Shown one piece after another: positions 37,587 to 48,366 of a stretch of 64,000 nucleotides of DNA. The position numbers were made by a program, and so were the translations under genes. Source of the DNA: Eledone cirrhosa. Lineage: Eukaryota. The notes beneath the pieces are model-generated. The model did not search any database, was not told where the DNA came from, and saw only the letters and a list, made by a program, of their open reading frames with translations. Every line of letters starts with the position of its first letter. Positions within the stretch are counted from its first letter, which is position 1. The stretch spans positions 81,096,001 through 81,160,000 of the forward strand of contig OZ024744.1 in the NCBI GenBank assembly GCA_964016885.1. The letters are read 5' to 3'.

Positions 37587-37711
37587 AGCTATTTCGGCAA
37601 CTGGAAACAGATCTGACTGAACAAAGAAAAAAGAAGAAAAAGCTACTGGAAAAACAGAGAGGAGTCTGTTGTTTTTTTTTTTTTGTCACTTACCACTAGA
37701 CAAATCAGAGG

Positions 37712-38473
37712 ATGGCGACAAGACTACGGACGAGCGAAGCCATCAGGGCATTTACCGGGGAGGGTGATGTAATCGCTTGGCTGCGGAAAGTTCAGCTGGT
37801 CGCCAGCTTGCAGAAGATAGAGGATGTGGCTGGCCTAATGGCACTCTACCTCGAGGGAGACGCGCTGGTACTCTTCCTTGAGTTGGACAAGCACAGCCAA
37901 AGAGATGCGCAGAAGATTGAGCGGCGTCTGATAGATGCATTCGCCGAGGGACCGTTGGCAGCTTTTGCTAAGCTGGCGAGAATCAGGTGGAATGGTGAGC
38001 GCGTCGACATTTTCGCAGCGGAAATACGGCGGTTGGCCATGTTGGCTGGTTATCAGGCGGAATGCGAACGCACGGTGCGGTTGGCGTTCATTAATGGATT
38101 TCCAGACGACATAGCGGTGAAACTGCAGCAAGTCCCGGGTTATAAAGAGATGGAAATGCGTTCACTGGTGGAACAAGCCCAGATCATAGCAGAAGATGCC
38201 AAAAAGAGTGTTGCGGCGATAGCAACTACAGAGGCTCAGGACACCTGGCAGCGAAACGGTGAAAGGGAGAAAACCTCGGCACGCGATCGCCCGCGAACGT
38301 TTAGAGGGCGCTGTTTTCGTTGCCAGGGCCCGCACATGGCTAGAGACTGTAGAGAGTTGAGGCCGGAGATAATTTGCTACCGGTGTAAGCGACCAGGCCA
38401 CATCGCTACTAACTACGACCAGGGAAACGATCCAAGGGGAACTACTGCGCCGGTAGTTTCCCCTTACGAGTAG
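37712..38473 (+). CDS. gag: Gypsy gag with two zinc knuckles (the second has Cys to Tyr)
   Basis: 253-aa ORF containing CFRCQGPHMARDC and CYRCKRPGHIATNY. Confidence 0.9.
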   Translation: MATRLRTSEAIRAFTGEGDVIAWLRKVQLVASLQKIEDVAGLMALYLEGDALVLFLELDKHSQRDAQKIERRLIDAFAEGPLAAFAKLARIRWNGERVDIFAAEIRRLAMLAGYQAECERTVRLAFINGFPDDIAVKLQQVPGYKEMEMRSLVEQAQIIAEDAKKSVAAIATTEAQDTWQRNGEREKTSARDRPRTFRGRCFRCQGPHMARDCRELRPEIICYRCKRPGHIATNYDQGNDPRGTTAPVVSPYE

Positions 38474-38479
38474 CGGTGC
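38422..38479 (+). promoter_or_regulatory. -1 ribosomal frameshift signal (G GGA AAC plus H-type pseudoknot)
   Basis: Heptamer is in the gag frame; stem 38434-38446 pairs with 38452-38465; loop gcgcc can pair with ggtgc at 38475-38479; the -1 frame is open into pol. Confidence 0.8.
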
Positions 38480-41292
38480 TGCCCGTAGTGGAAGTCTTCG
38501 TGAGGGGGAAGCCACAGCGAGCCCTCGTGGACACGGGCTGTACGACGACACTGGTGACCGCGGGGGTGGCGCAGAGGTGGGGAGGGAAGAGCAGTGTAAG
38601 GGCAGTCGACGGCAGGAAAATTGAATGCCGAGGTCGCAGTGAGATGGAAATAGCGGTACGGGGAAGGAGGATAAAGCTTTCGGCCATCGTAGTAGACAGT
38701 GTGGTGGATGGGATCGGCGTGGTTATGGGCATGGACACGATTGGCCGTTTAGGAGGCGTCACAGTGGACAACCTCGGTGTGTCGTTTGGCGCCGCTGCAT
38801 CGGCATGTGCTGTGAGTGCACGTCATGAGAACCAGAAGGCCCACGAGGAGGAATGCTCCGCTTACACTGTGCAGGACAAAGACTTCAAGGCCATGTTTGA
38901 TGGGCAGCGATGGGTTGTTGAGTGGTACTGGAAGGGAGAACCACCAACACTGAAGACCAAAGTGGGCTGCTATCAACACACATTGAAGGGAAACGCTAGG
39001 AGCGAGTTCGAGCGAGAAGTAGAGAGATGGATCGAAGAGGGCATACTGCTTCCCTGGAAGGAGGAGGTGAAGTGTGGAGTATTGCCGTTAATGGCGGTGG
39101 TGCAACCCACGAAGAGCAAGGTGAGGCCGGTGCTGGACTATCGGGAGCTGAACGAGCACGTGTCATGCCACACGGGTGGCGAGGTCACGGATATCTGTGG
39201 GGAAACCCTGCATGAGTGGAGACGCATGACGAGAGGTTCAGCGATCGTAGACCTAAAGTCGGCTTACTTGCAGTTGCATATAGATGAGAAGTTCTGGCGG
39301 TATCAGCTGGTCAGGTATAAGGGCCGGACATATTGCCTGACCAGGCTCGGTTTCGGGCTGAGCTCCGCACCGAAGATCATGGCGGCGGTCCTCAAAACCA
39401 TTCTGGGGAAGGCTGACAAGAGGGCTACTAACTCCTACATTGACGACATCTTAGTGGATGAGTCGGTGGTGTCGGCGGCGGAGGTCACGAGCCATTTACA
39501 GGGGTATGGACTGGCTGCGAAGCCGTCAGAAGCGTTGGAGGGAGGAGCCGCGTTGGGACTTAGGCTACGGCGAGACAGGACGGGCGTTTTGGTATTCCAG
39601 AGGGGAAACGAAGTTCCGGAACTGGGCCCAAGTATGAGTAGGCGGGAGCTTTTCTCGGTGTGCGGAAAGCTGGTGGGTCACTACCCGATCGCTGGGTGGC
39701 TCCGGACGGCATGCAGCTATGTCAAGAGACGAGCGGGAGGAGTGACTTGGAGTGACAGAGTGGGAGAGAGAACGGTGGCCATGATGCAGGAGATCGTGGG
39801 AAGGGTGAAGGCCGACGACCCAGTGCGGGGACGCTGATATGTTCCCAAATCACAGAGCGGGAGCGTGTGGTGCGATGCCAGCAGCATAGCACTGGGTGTC
39901 ACATTGGAGATAGGAGGTGTTGAGGTCGAGGATGCAGCCTGGCTTAGAAAGAAGGACGACTGCAATCACATCAATGTGGCCGAACTGGACGCGGTGTTGA
40001 GAGGGATGAACCTCGCCCTGCGGTGAGGGCTGCACACCATCGAGATACGCACCGACTCGGCTACTGTTCTCGGATGGGTAAGATCAGTGCTCACCAGTGA
40101 GAAGAGAGTGCGAACGAGAGGCGCGGCGGAGATGCTGATAAAGCGCCGCCTGGGAACTTTAGGAGAGCTGGCCACCAAGTTCGACCTGAGGCTGAGCGTA
40201 GTTTTCGTGCCCTCAGAGAAAAATAGGGCGGACATATTAACTAGGGTGAAGAAAGCCTGGATGGGAGTGCCGGAGGAGGTAGAGGATGAGATAGCTGCTG
40301 TGTGTCGGCTGACCGAGTCGGATCTGAAGGGGTTGCATGACATGCACCACATAGGGGTGGATAGGAACCTGTTCCTAGCCAGGAGAATCGACCCGGACGT
40401 TAGCAGACACAGTGTTCAGGGAGTGGTTAGAGGCTGCGTCTGATGTCAGTCCATTGATCCCGCCCCAAGTGTACACAAAACGGGAAGCCTCCCGGTGGAT
40501 TGCGACTGGAAGCGATTAGCGATGGATGTGACGCACTACCGGCAGGGAACGTACCTCTCGATGGTCGATTGTGGACCAGGTCGAATGGCGATATGGAGGG
40601 AGATGAGGACTGGAACGGCCGAGGAAACCGTGCGAAGATTGAGAGAGGTGTTCTTGGAGCGGGGCCCTGTGGACGAACTGCTGATGGACAACAGCGCAGC
40701 GTTCCGCTCGGAGGCACTGAGGGAGATGCTCGATGGATGGAAGGTGAACCGTTTCTTCAGAGCGGCGCACAGGCCGAGCGGGAATGGAATCGTGGAGCGA
40801 CACCACCGGACGATTAAGGCAATGGCGGAGCGGGGCCATGTCTCACCAATGGAGACAGTGTTCTGGTACAACATGTCCCCTCGGGTTGGACAGGTCGAGG
40901 AATCGGTGCCACACAGAGCAGTATTCAAATACGAGTGGAGGCACCCGTGCACGCCACCACAACGGCCAGTGGGGAAAGAGAGTGCATTCGTGCAGGTGGA
41001 CGAAGAAGTCTGGGTTAAGCCCCCAGATGCACGTTGCACATCTCAATGGGGAAGGGGAACGGTGACGGCCGTAAATTCAAAGAACAATGTGTCCGTGGAC
41101 GGCGTACCACGTCATGTCCTGGATGTAAGAAGAATCACTGTGTCGACGGACTCCGAGGAAGAGGAAACCCAAGATGAGGTGGAAACTCAGAGTCCTGCCC
41201 CAATACTACGGAGATCACGACGATGTCGTAGACCACCAACCTGGACAGCAGACTTCCACATGCAGAGAGACGAGGAGGAAATTGATCCTTGA
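38425..41292 (+). pseudogene. pol: Gypsy pol (PR-RT-RNase H-IN) in a single frame with three premature TGA stops
   Basis: ALVDTG (protease), YIDD (RT), WCDAS...INVAELDA...TDS (RNase H), integrase LAMD...MDN...NGIVER. Stops at 39835, 40024 and 40441. Confidence 0.92.
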
Positions 41293-41305
41293 GATCAGGG
41301 GGGCG

Positions 41306-41684
41306 TGTGGGTATGGTGTGGCGTGCGGTGGCTGCAGGTGCCTAGTGGTTCCTAGCAACGGGGTGAACGCCAGTTTGGGCAGTGTCTAGCAACGGGGTGA
41401 ACGCAAGTTTGGGCAGTACCTAGCGTAGTACCTAGGAATGGGGTAAACGCCAGTTTGGGATCTCCCGGTGCTAGGCAGTTGGAAGCAGGCAGGCGAGGAG
41501 TAAGGAGCAGTGACGATAGCAGCGCTAGTGAAAAGAGCAAAACGATATGGGACTGTTGATACGAAGATAGAGACGGCCAACCGAGGAAGACGGATGTACA
41601 AGAAATGGTCTTCAAACTACTATGCAGTGGAGATTGAGTGGCGCCTTTGAAAAGCGGTAAGTGAGATAGCTTTTTCCAACCACA
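41306..41684 (+). repeat. 3' LTR (379 bp)
   Basis: About 8 substitutions relative to the 5' LTR by eye; lacks one 80-bp unit. Confidence 0.95.
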
Positions 41685-43940
41685 CGAATGTCATCGCATG
41701 TAAAACCTTCAAAGTCGGTATTCGCTACTTTGGGAAGCCATGTTGATACACTAAAAATCTGTTATACTTTCAACGTTAAAAAACACGTGTTATTTCAAGT
41801 TGTTTCACTATATTAAGAGTTAATTTTCGCGCTTAAAGGCTTTATCTCGCAGTAATCTCGAATTGACGAGATTTTGATGACGTTAATGTTTATTTTATAA
41901 ATAAAACATGGTTTGGAGTATATATCGCAATGGTGAAGTAAGGGAAGCTAACAGATTATTAGTTTCAATTATCATAAAAATAGTAGTTTGACGGCCCAAA
42001 TTTCAGTGCGACCTATCTGCGAGTCAATGGCAAATAGCCTATTTGTTAAATGAAAAGTGGGTATGCGACCTATCTGCTGGGGCGACATATACGCGAGTAT
42101 ATACGGAAGATGTGGTGGCCATCAGCAAGACCAGAATCTCCGAAGCACAAGCCTTCGCACCGATCTTCGGCGGCTATGATGAATACGCATCTCCCAGCCG
42201 TCCAGGATCGGGGGGAGGAGTTGCTGTGCTTTTTTGGAGAGACTTGGATCTTGCCATACGGGCCATCTTCCTGGACCCAGAAGGTAAGTCGGTGGTGCTG
42301 GATGTGACTGGCAGCGAAGGCAATGCTTTCAGGCTAGTAGCCGTCTACGCCCCAACAGGGGCAGGATGGCCAGATTTCTTCAGACGTCTAGAGACCTTTC
42401 TTGGAACGTCCCGCTCCTTAGTGTTAGTGGGCAACTGGAACAGTATCTTAGATGCACGCTGGGATTGTGTGGGGATTATCCGAATGTATCAATGTGGACG
42501 TGGGCAAACCACATTGGGTCATCCAGATCGTATTTAGATAGGGTATTCTGTAGGGAAACAGATAAGGCTAGTGTAAGTTGTCTACAATTTAAAGTAGTCA
42601 ACTACACGGACCACAAATTCTTGACCTGTTCGTGACAAATTTGTGACCAATTCGGGCCCAGCTACTGGAAGCTAAACGAGTTTTCCTGGCGCGCAAAACT
42701 TACATAGACCGGATTAGCGAATTAGTTAAGTGTGCGTTGACGGGTATGATCGTAAACAACAGGTGGTGGTTTACCCTGAAAAGGGCTATTAGAGTAGAAT
42801 CGATAAGGTTTAGCAAAGGAGTAGTGATAGAGGAAAATAGAGTAGAGGGAGATTAGTTAGAAAGCTAGTGAGGCGTTTAGGACAGGCATCGCAACCGACG
42901 TGCTTGCGGCGAGATTGGCACTCGACCAATTCTTCAACGCAAAGCATGAAGGATGTATTGTCAGAGCTAGAGTGCGTGCTCTAAGACACGAATGAGCCCG
43001 GGTGGTGGAGGCGTGACATGGCAACAAATCCACAATACGGTCCTTCCCTGATCAAAACGGGCGCATATTGCTCGAACCTGAGCAGATGTGTGCGGATTTT
43101 CAACAGCACTTTCCTCGATGGACTGCCGTGGCTGTTAGCGACCGCAGTGCTGCGAAAGCCCGATAACAGCAGATGGATTACGGGAAGCGATGTCTAGCTG
43201 CACGAGGGGTAAATCGCCAGGTTTGGATGGTCTATCCTACGAGCTTTATGTGTACATGCCAGACTTGTTCGGCGACCTCTTGGCAGATGTCTACTGCAAC
43301 TGGCAGCAGAACGGGAGCATTCCCAGTTTTGAGAACCGGGGAGCAGTGGCACTGCTGAGAAAAAACCCGAACAAAGGGGACGTTATAGACAACTTCAGGC
43401 CCATAACTCTGCTAAACACAGAGTTCAAGATTTCGGCTAAGGTGGGAGACGTGCAGACAGATCCATCGACGACAACCTCCATCTCATGCGATACATCATA
43501 GAGAGGGTGATTAAGGAACCTGGCACGGGTGGGGCTCTGATCAACTTGGATCAATCTAAAGCATTTGATAGGGTCGACCAACGGTACCTGGCTTCCGTCC
43601 TCAAGGCGTCCGGCTTCGGGCCCTTTTTAGAATCTGGATTGCTGAGATGCACAGCGACATCAGTTCGATTGTGAGGGTGAATGGTCACCTGTCGCAGCCG
43701 TTCAGCATCATGCGCTCGGTCCACCAAGGTTGTCCCCTCTTGTCCCTCTTGTACATACTGGCTCTCGAACCATTACTGCACAAACTGGGATTCAGAAGAT
43801 CCGTGTCGGCTTATGCCGAGGACGTCACCGTGGTGGTGTCAAGCACCAAATACATCCAGATGCTCGGCCCAGCTCTCAAGGAATACGAAGCGGTGACAGG
43901 AGCAAAGATAAACCAGGAAAAGTCGGTAGGCTTGCAGCTC

Positions 43941-46900
43941 GACAATCCAACAGCGTCAATGAGAATAACAACAACATCAACACCAGTGCAAAACGAAATG
44001 TGTCAATTGCCAAAGCAGCCAAGAAAAGCGAAACAATCGAGGTAAGCCAGGATGAATTAAATGAAGCCAAGCGAATGGTAAAAAAAGACGGGTACAGGGT
44101 CAGCCCCCCCCCCTCTAATAAAATGGAGCATTGGCGCCTATGCACCGTGTCATATCGGACAATAAACACAAAATCACGCCAAGTGGGACGGGCATCCGAG
44201 TCCCAAATACAAAACCCTTTGAGACTGTGTGGGCGAAAAAAACCCACATCAGACGTGGGGCAGAAATATGGAACCCTGGACGTGTTCTTTGGAACACCAC
44301 AGGAAGCCAGAGAGCACTCCATGGCCCCATTAAGAAGTGACGACTTCACACTCATCCCAAGCTATTGTGGCCAGAGACTTGTGAAGATCAGGGTGACCCA
44401 CGTTCCACCGGCCATTGAAATTCCCTGGCTAATGGCTGCCATCCTCGCCGACATCGAGGCCAACACTAAAGTAATTGAGGTGATAAAAGTTAAGCAGGAG
44501 AACTGGTTCATATCTGGGATAGAGCTCCTGATCCAAGCAGACCCCAAAAACATAGAGGAGATCCCAGAGGTAATAGACCTCCCTGACGGCAGCCACCTCA
44601 CCGTAATCGTTGAGGGTAGAAGGCCTAGATGTGTTGTTTATGGCGAAGGAACCCACCTAAAGGCTTTCTGCCCTCAGGCTAAAAAGTTGAGGCCACTTCT
44701 CCTACCCACCCCAGTGACACAACCATCAACACCACCAGCAGCAGAAATGGCAGCAACAACAGAAGCATCTGTAACAGCAACAACCCCAGCAACACTAGCA
44801 AAACCAACACCACCACCACCCACCGCGCCAGAACTAGCACCAGCGCCTCCACCATCCAGTGCCTCCACCATCCACCACGCCACAACCAAAACCAACGCCT
44901 GTGGAGGATTTTCCACTCCCCGGCCTATCGCAACTGGAGACAGATTGTAACGACGAGGAGTGGGAAACGGTATCAGGAAAAAAGAAAAAGAACCCAAAAT
45001 GAAAAAAATCCTCTTCCTTCCCCCTCCAAAAACAAAATACGGGGGAAATAAATAAACTAACAAACAAAAATGTTAGGACAGCTATGCCACCATCCACACT
45101 AGCATCACCAACCCCATCACCACTAACACCAACACCATCACCATCATTAACACCAACACCACAAATGTCACCAAAAAGCGAAAGAGAAACAAACCCACAA
45201 CAAACGCAAACAAAACAAAACAACCAAAACGATACACACTACACAGCATTAAATTTGAACAACAACCAATTATTACACTACATCCGACACAACACCAGCA
45301 TCACAGAAAAAGACTACACAACACCCCAAAAATTCACACCACCTCCACACATACAAATCACTCGCATCACACACAGAAAACGTACACGACACTAAAAGTA
45401 AAATTCCCCAAGGACATCGGAGACTTCCGACAAGCACTCTCCAGGAGGATTTATAAAGACATCCTTCCGGAGGGGGCCATAAGCAATGAGAAGGATGGAG
45501 AAACCATCCTTCCTCTACGAGTAAGTGAGGTAAGTGGTCCTTCCCATCTTTTCCACTCCTTTTCAACATGACCTCACTCAGAATAGGCAGCATAAATGCG
45601 CGTGGCCTGGAGTCATCATGGAAGAAGGGCCACCTGCTCAACGACATCGTGAGCTGCAGCAAAATTGGCCCTTGACCAATTCTTCAATGCAAAGCACGAA
45701 GACTGCGTTGTCAGAGCTAGGGTGCATGCTCTCAGACAGGAACGGACGAAAGCCGTTCAATGGGCCCGAGTGGCGTAGGCGCGTCGTGGCAACAAAGCCT
45801 CGATCCAGTCTTTGGTGGACCACGACGGGCGCATGCTACTCTATCCCGGGCAAATGTGTGAAGCTTTTCAGCAACACTTCGCTCAGCTGTTCGGGGGCAG
45901 CGGCGGGAAGGACTTTACTGCCTACCCCAACGGACTGCCATCGCTCTTGGCCACTGAGGTGGAGTACAGGAGGCAATGACTGGCTGCACAAGGGGTAAAT
46001 CGCCAGGTTCTGTGAGCCAAGGAGCGGTGGCACTGCTGAGAAAGGATCCGAACAAGGGGGATAACATAGATAATTTCAGGCCCATAACTCTGCTAAACAC
46101 AGAGTTCAAGATTTTGGCCAAGGTGCTAGCAAAGAGGTTGGCATTTGTCGTCGGTGGTCTGGTGGGAGAGGCGCAGACAGATCCATCCACGACAACTTCC
46201 ACCTCATGTGATACATCGTGGAGAGGGTAGCTAGGGAACCTGGCACGGGTGGATCTTTGATCAATTTAGATCAGTTGAAAGCTTTCGATAGGGTCGACCA
46301 TCGTTATCTGGTGGCAGTCCTGAGGGTGGCTGCCTTTGGGCTCGTCTTCAGAGGCTGGATTGCTGCCACGCACAGCGACATATGCTCTGTGGTGAGAGTG
46401 AACGGTCACCTTTCGGAACCGTTCAACATCATGCGCTCGGTCTGCCAAGGATGTCCCCTCTCATCTCTCTTGTACGTATTCACTGTCAAGTCATTACTGC
46501 ACAAACTGGAGACGTTGAGGGGGGTCCCGCGCGAACTAGGATGTGGAAGATCCGTGTCAGCATATGCGGACGATGTCACTGTAGTGGTGTCGAACGCCAA
46601 ACACATCGAGGCGATCGGCACTACACTGAGAGAATACGAAGCGGTGACAGGAGCAATGATCAACCAGGAAAAGTCAGTGGGCCTGCAGCTAGGCACCTGG
46701 AGAGGCAGGTCCATGCCATCCAACAGCATCGTCGGGCACTGGACGGATGGACGGGTTAAATTGCTAGAGGTCTGGTTCGGTCCGGACCTCCAGACGGACA
46801 AAAACTGGACGAGGTGACGAGCAGGGTGGCTTCTCTCACCTAGAAATGGGCAGAGAGGAAGCTATCCCTGAAAGGTTGAGCGGAGATGGCGAATGTGTAC

Positions 46901-48366
46901 ATCGCATCCATCATCTACTACCGCCTGACCGTCGTACCTTGTCCTAAGCCTCGCCTGACTGCGCTGGAGTGTTTGCTCTTTCGTTTTTTGTGGAAGGGAC
47001 GCGCTCCGATGGTCAGGCAGTCCATCTGCTGTCAACACCTGCTATGTGGAGCACTGGGCATGCCGTAGCTGATGATGCGCAGACACGCGCTCAGGCTACG
47101 ACATCTCCACCTCTTCCTCGACGGTGATCAGGTGTGGTCGCCGTTTGCTAGATGCGTCTTTCCCCAGCTCGTCTCCTTGACGGAGCTGCAGTCCTGGGTC
47201 ATGCGAAGACCGAGAGGGAGCGCTTGGAGACTGGAATGTCTTCAGGCACTCACAGCCCTCGACCAGTCGGGCAATGTGATCGGTGGAAACTCCACCTTGG
47301 CGTTCTATAGAGGATTAGTGGAGGGGGAAGAGCGACGACGTACTTGGAGAAACTCTAGGAGTCGACGAAAATCAACTAGCCAATCTCTTTGGAAGAACTT
47401 TCGGGCTGGGGCCTATGGACAACTTCCAGAAATCCCTGGCCTGGCAGTGTTACCGAGGAGCTTTGCCAGTTCGGGATAAACTCTACAGGCATGGAGGTGC
47501 CGTCAGCCGGGCATGTCCGAGATGCGCGCAGGGCAATGAAATTGTCCTGCATGCACTCGTCCAGTGTCCGAGGATTGCTGATTTGTGGGTTTATGTCAAA
47601 CACCTGCTGTCGCGTGTAGGACGGATCCGGCTATCAGCTGGGTCCATCGTGAGGATTGCCCCGCCCTCTTCCTTTAGCCAGGAAGGGCAGGCAGTTTTTA
47701 TCTGTCTGGTGGCCATGGCAAAAGAGATAGTATGGTGGACGCGTTTGAAAGGGCTGAAGACGAGCACTTACCTCTTCGGTGATGCCCTGATTGACTTTTT
47801 CAAATTTCATTTGAAAAGGAAAATCAGGGTAGAGAGAGAAGTGCTCTCTTCCCAGCATTTTGTTGAAAGATGGGTGAGAGAGGCAAGAATGGCCCGTGTG
47901 AATGGGCCTACTCTGAGTATGTGCCTGTAAAATGAAGGTGGAAAACTGGGAGAGGGCATTTGCCCTGGTGGTCAGGGTCACCATGGCTTTTTTAATGGGC
48001 TTTCTCCACGAATGTCCCTCGGAAGTCTCCCCCCTATTGGGGAATTTTTCATTGTTTCTTTTTTGTTACATCCTCTGTTTTTGTTTTTTTTTACATGCAG
48101 AAATGCCCATTTGTACCATCCTGTATTGTCCTTAATGTCTTACTTTGTGTAAACCCTTGAATATTTGAATATTTTTAGTTGGATGGAATAAATGTTTTAT
48201 ATATTTCCATTTCAACAATTTACTGTAGGAAAAGATAACATTTTTTTTTTGTTTTTATCTGTAAACAAAATGTTTGCAGACTATAAAAATATTTGTGTAT
48301 CTTCGTAATGTTCCTGCTGAAAAAGTTGGTAACTTATGATGGCATTTATATAATAAAGAAAGCATT
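43941..48366 (+). mobile_element. Tx1/L1-clade LINE copy 2 (5'-truncated ORF1; ORF2 with large endonuclease deletion, RT, C-terminal zinc finger; 3' UTR)
   Basis: ORF1 VEGRRPRCVVYGEGTHLKAFCP; ORF2 ATG at 45568 (MTSLRIGSINARGL); NFRPITLLN, YADD, RGALPV...CPRC...HALVQCP. Tail remnant taataaagaaagcatt at 48351, after about 190 bp of unrelated sequence. Confidence 0.9.

Larger units (their letters stand above)
37128..41684 (+). mobile_element. Full-length Ty3/Gypsy LTR retrotransposon
   Basis: TG...CA LTRs; 4-bp TSD CGAA (37124-37127, 41685-41688); purine-rich PPT gagatcaggggggcg; domain order gag, PR, RT, RH, IN. Confidence 0.97.
36237..42106. mobile_element. Non-autonomous pogo/Tc2-like DNA element (about 1.3 kb without the Gypsy) inserted in the Tx1 endonuclease
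   Basis: Imperfect TIRs tcatatatactcgcctata / tatacgcgagtatatacgg; TA on the left, AA on the right. Removing it restores ORF2 ...LRSLN-I-DVVAIS... Confidence 0.8.
33338..43940 (+). mobile_element. Tx1/L1-clade LINE copy 1 (ORF1 with CCHC knuckle and Pro-rich repeats; ORF2 APE+RT, decayed), interrupted by nested elements and truncated in the RT
   Basis: ORF1 pieces 33680-35475 (EGRCPKCFNCGSKSHLRAFCP). ORF2 starts at 36141 (MAVLRKGSINARGL) and resumes at 42109 (DVVAISKTRI...AVYAP...GNWN, KSPGLDGL, NFRPITLLN, LDQSKAFDRV, QGCPL, YAED). Confidence 0.88.

Noticed and set aside
38471-38476. Stop-codon readthrough between gag and pol
   Set aside because: pol is in the -1 frame relative to gag, and a frameshift signal upstream explains the junction.
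43730-44950. 406-aa ORF as a novel gene or RT-Gag fusion
   Set aside because: Its first 70 or so codons are off-frame RT sequence of copy 1 joined by chance to ORF1 of copy 2.
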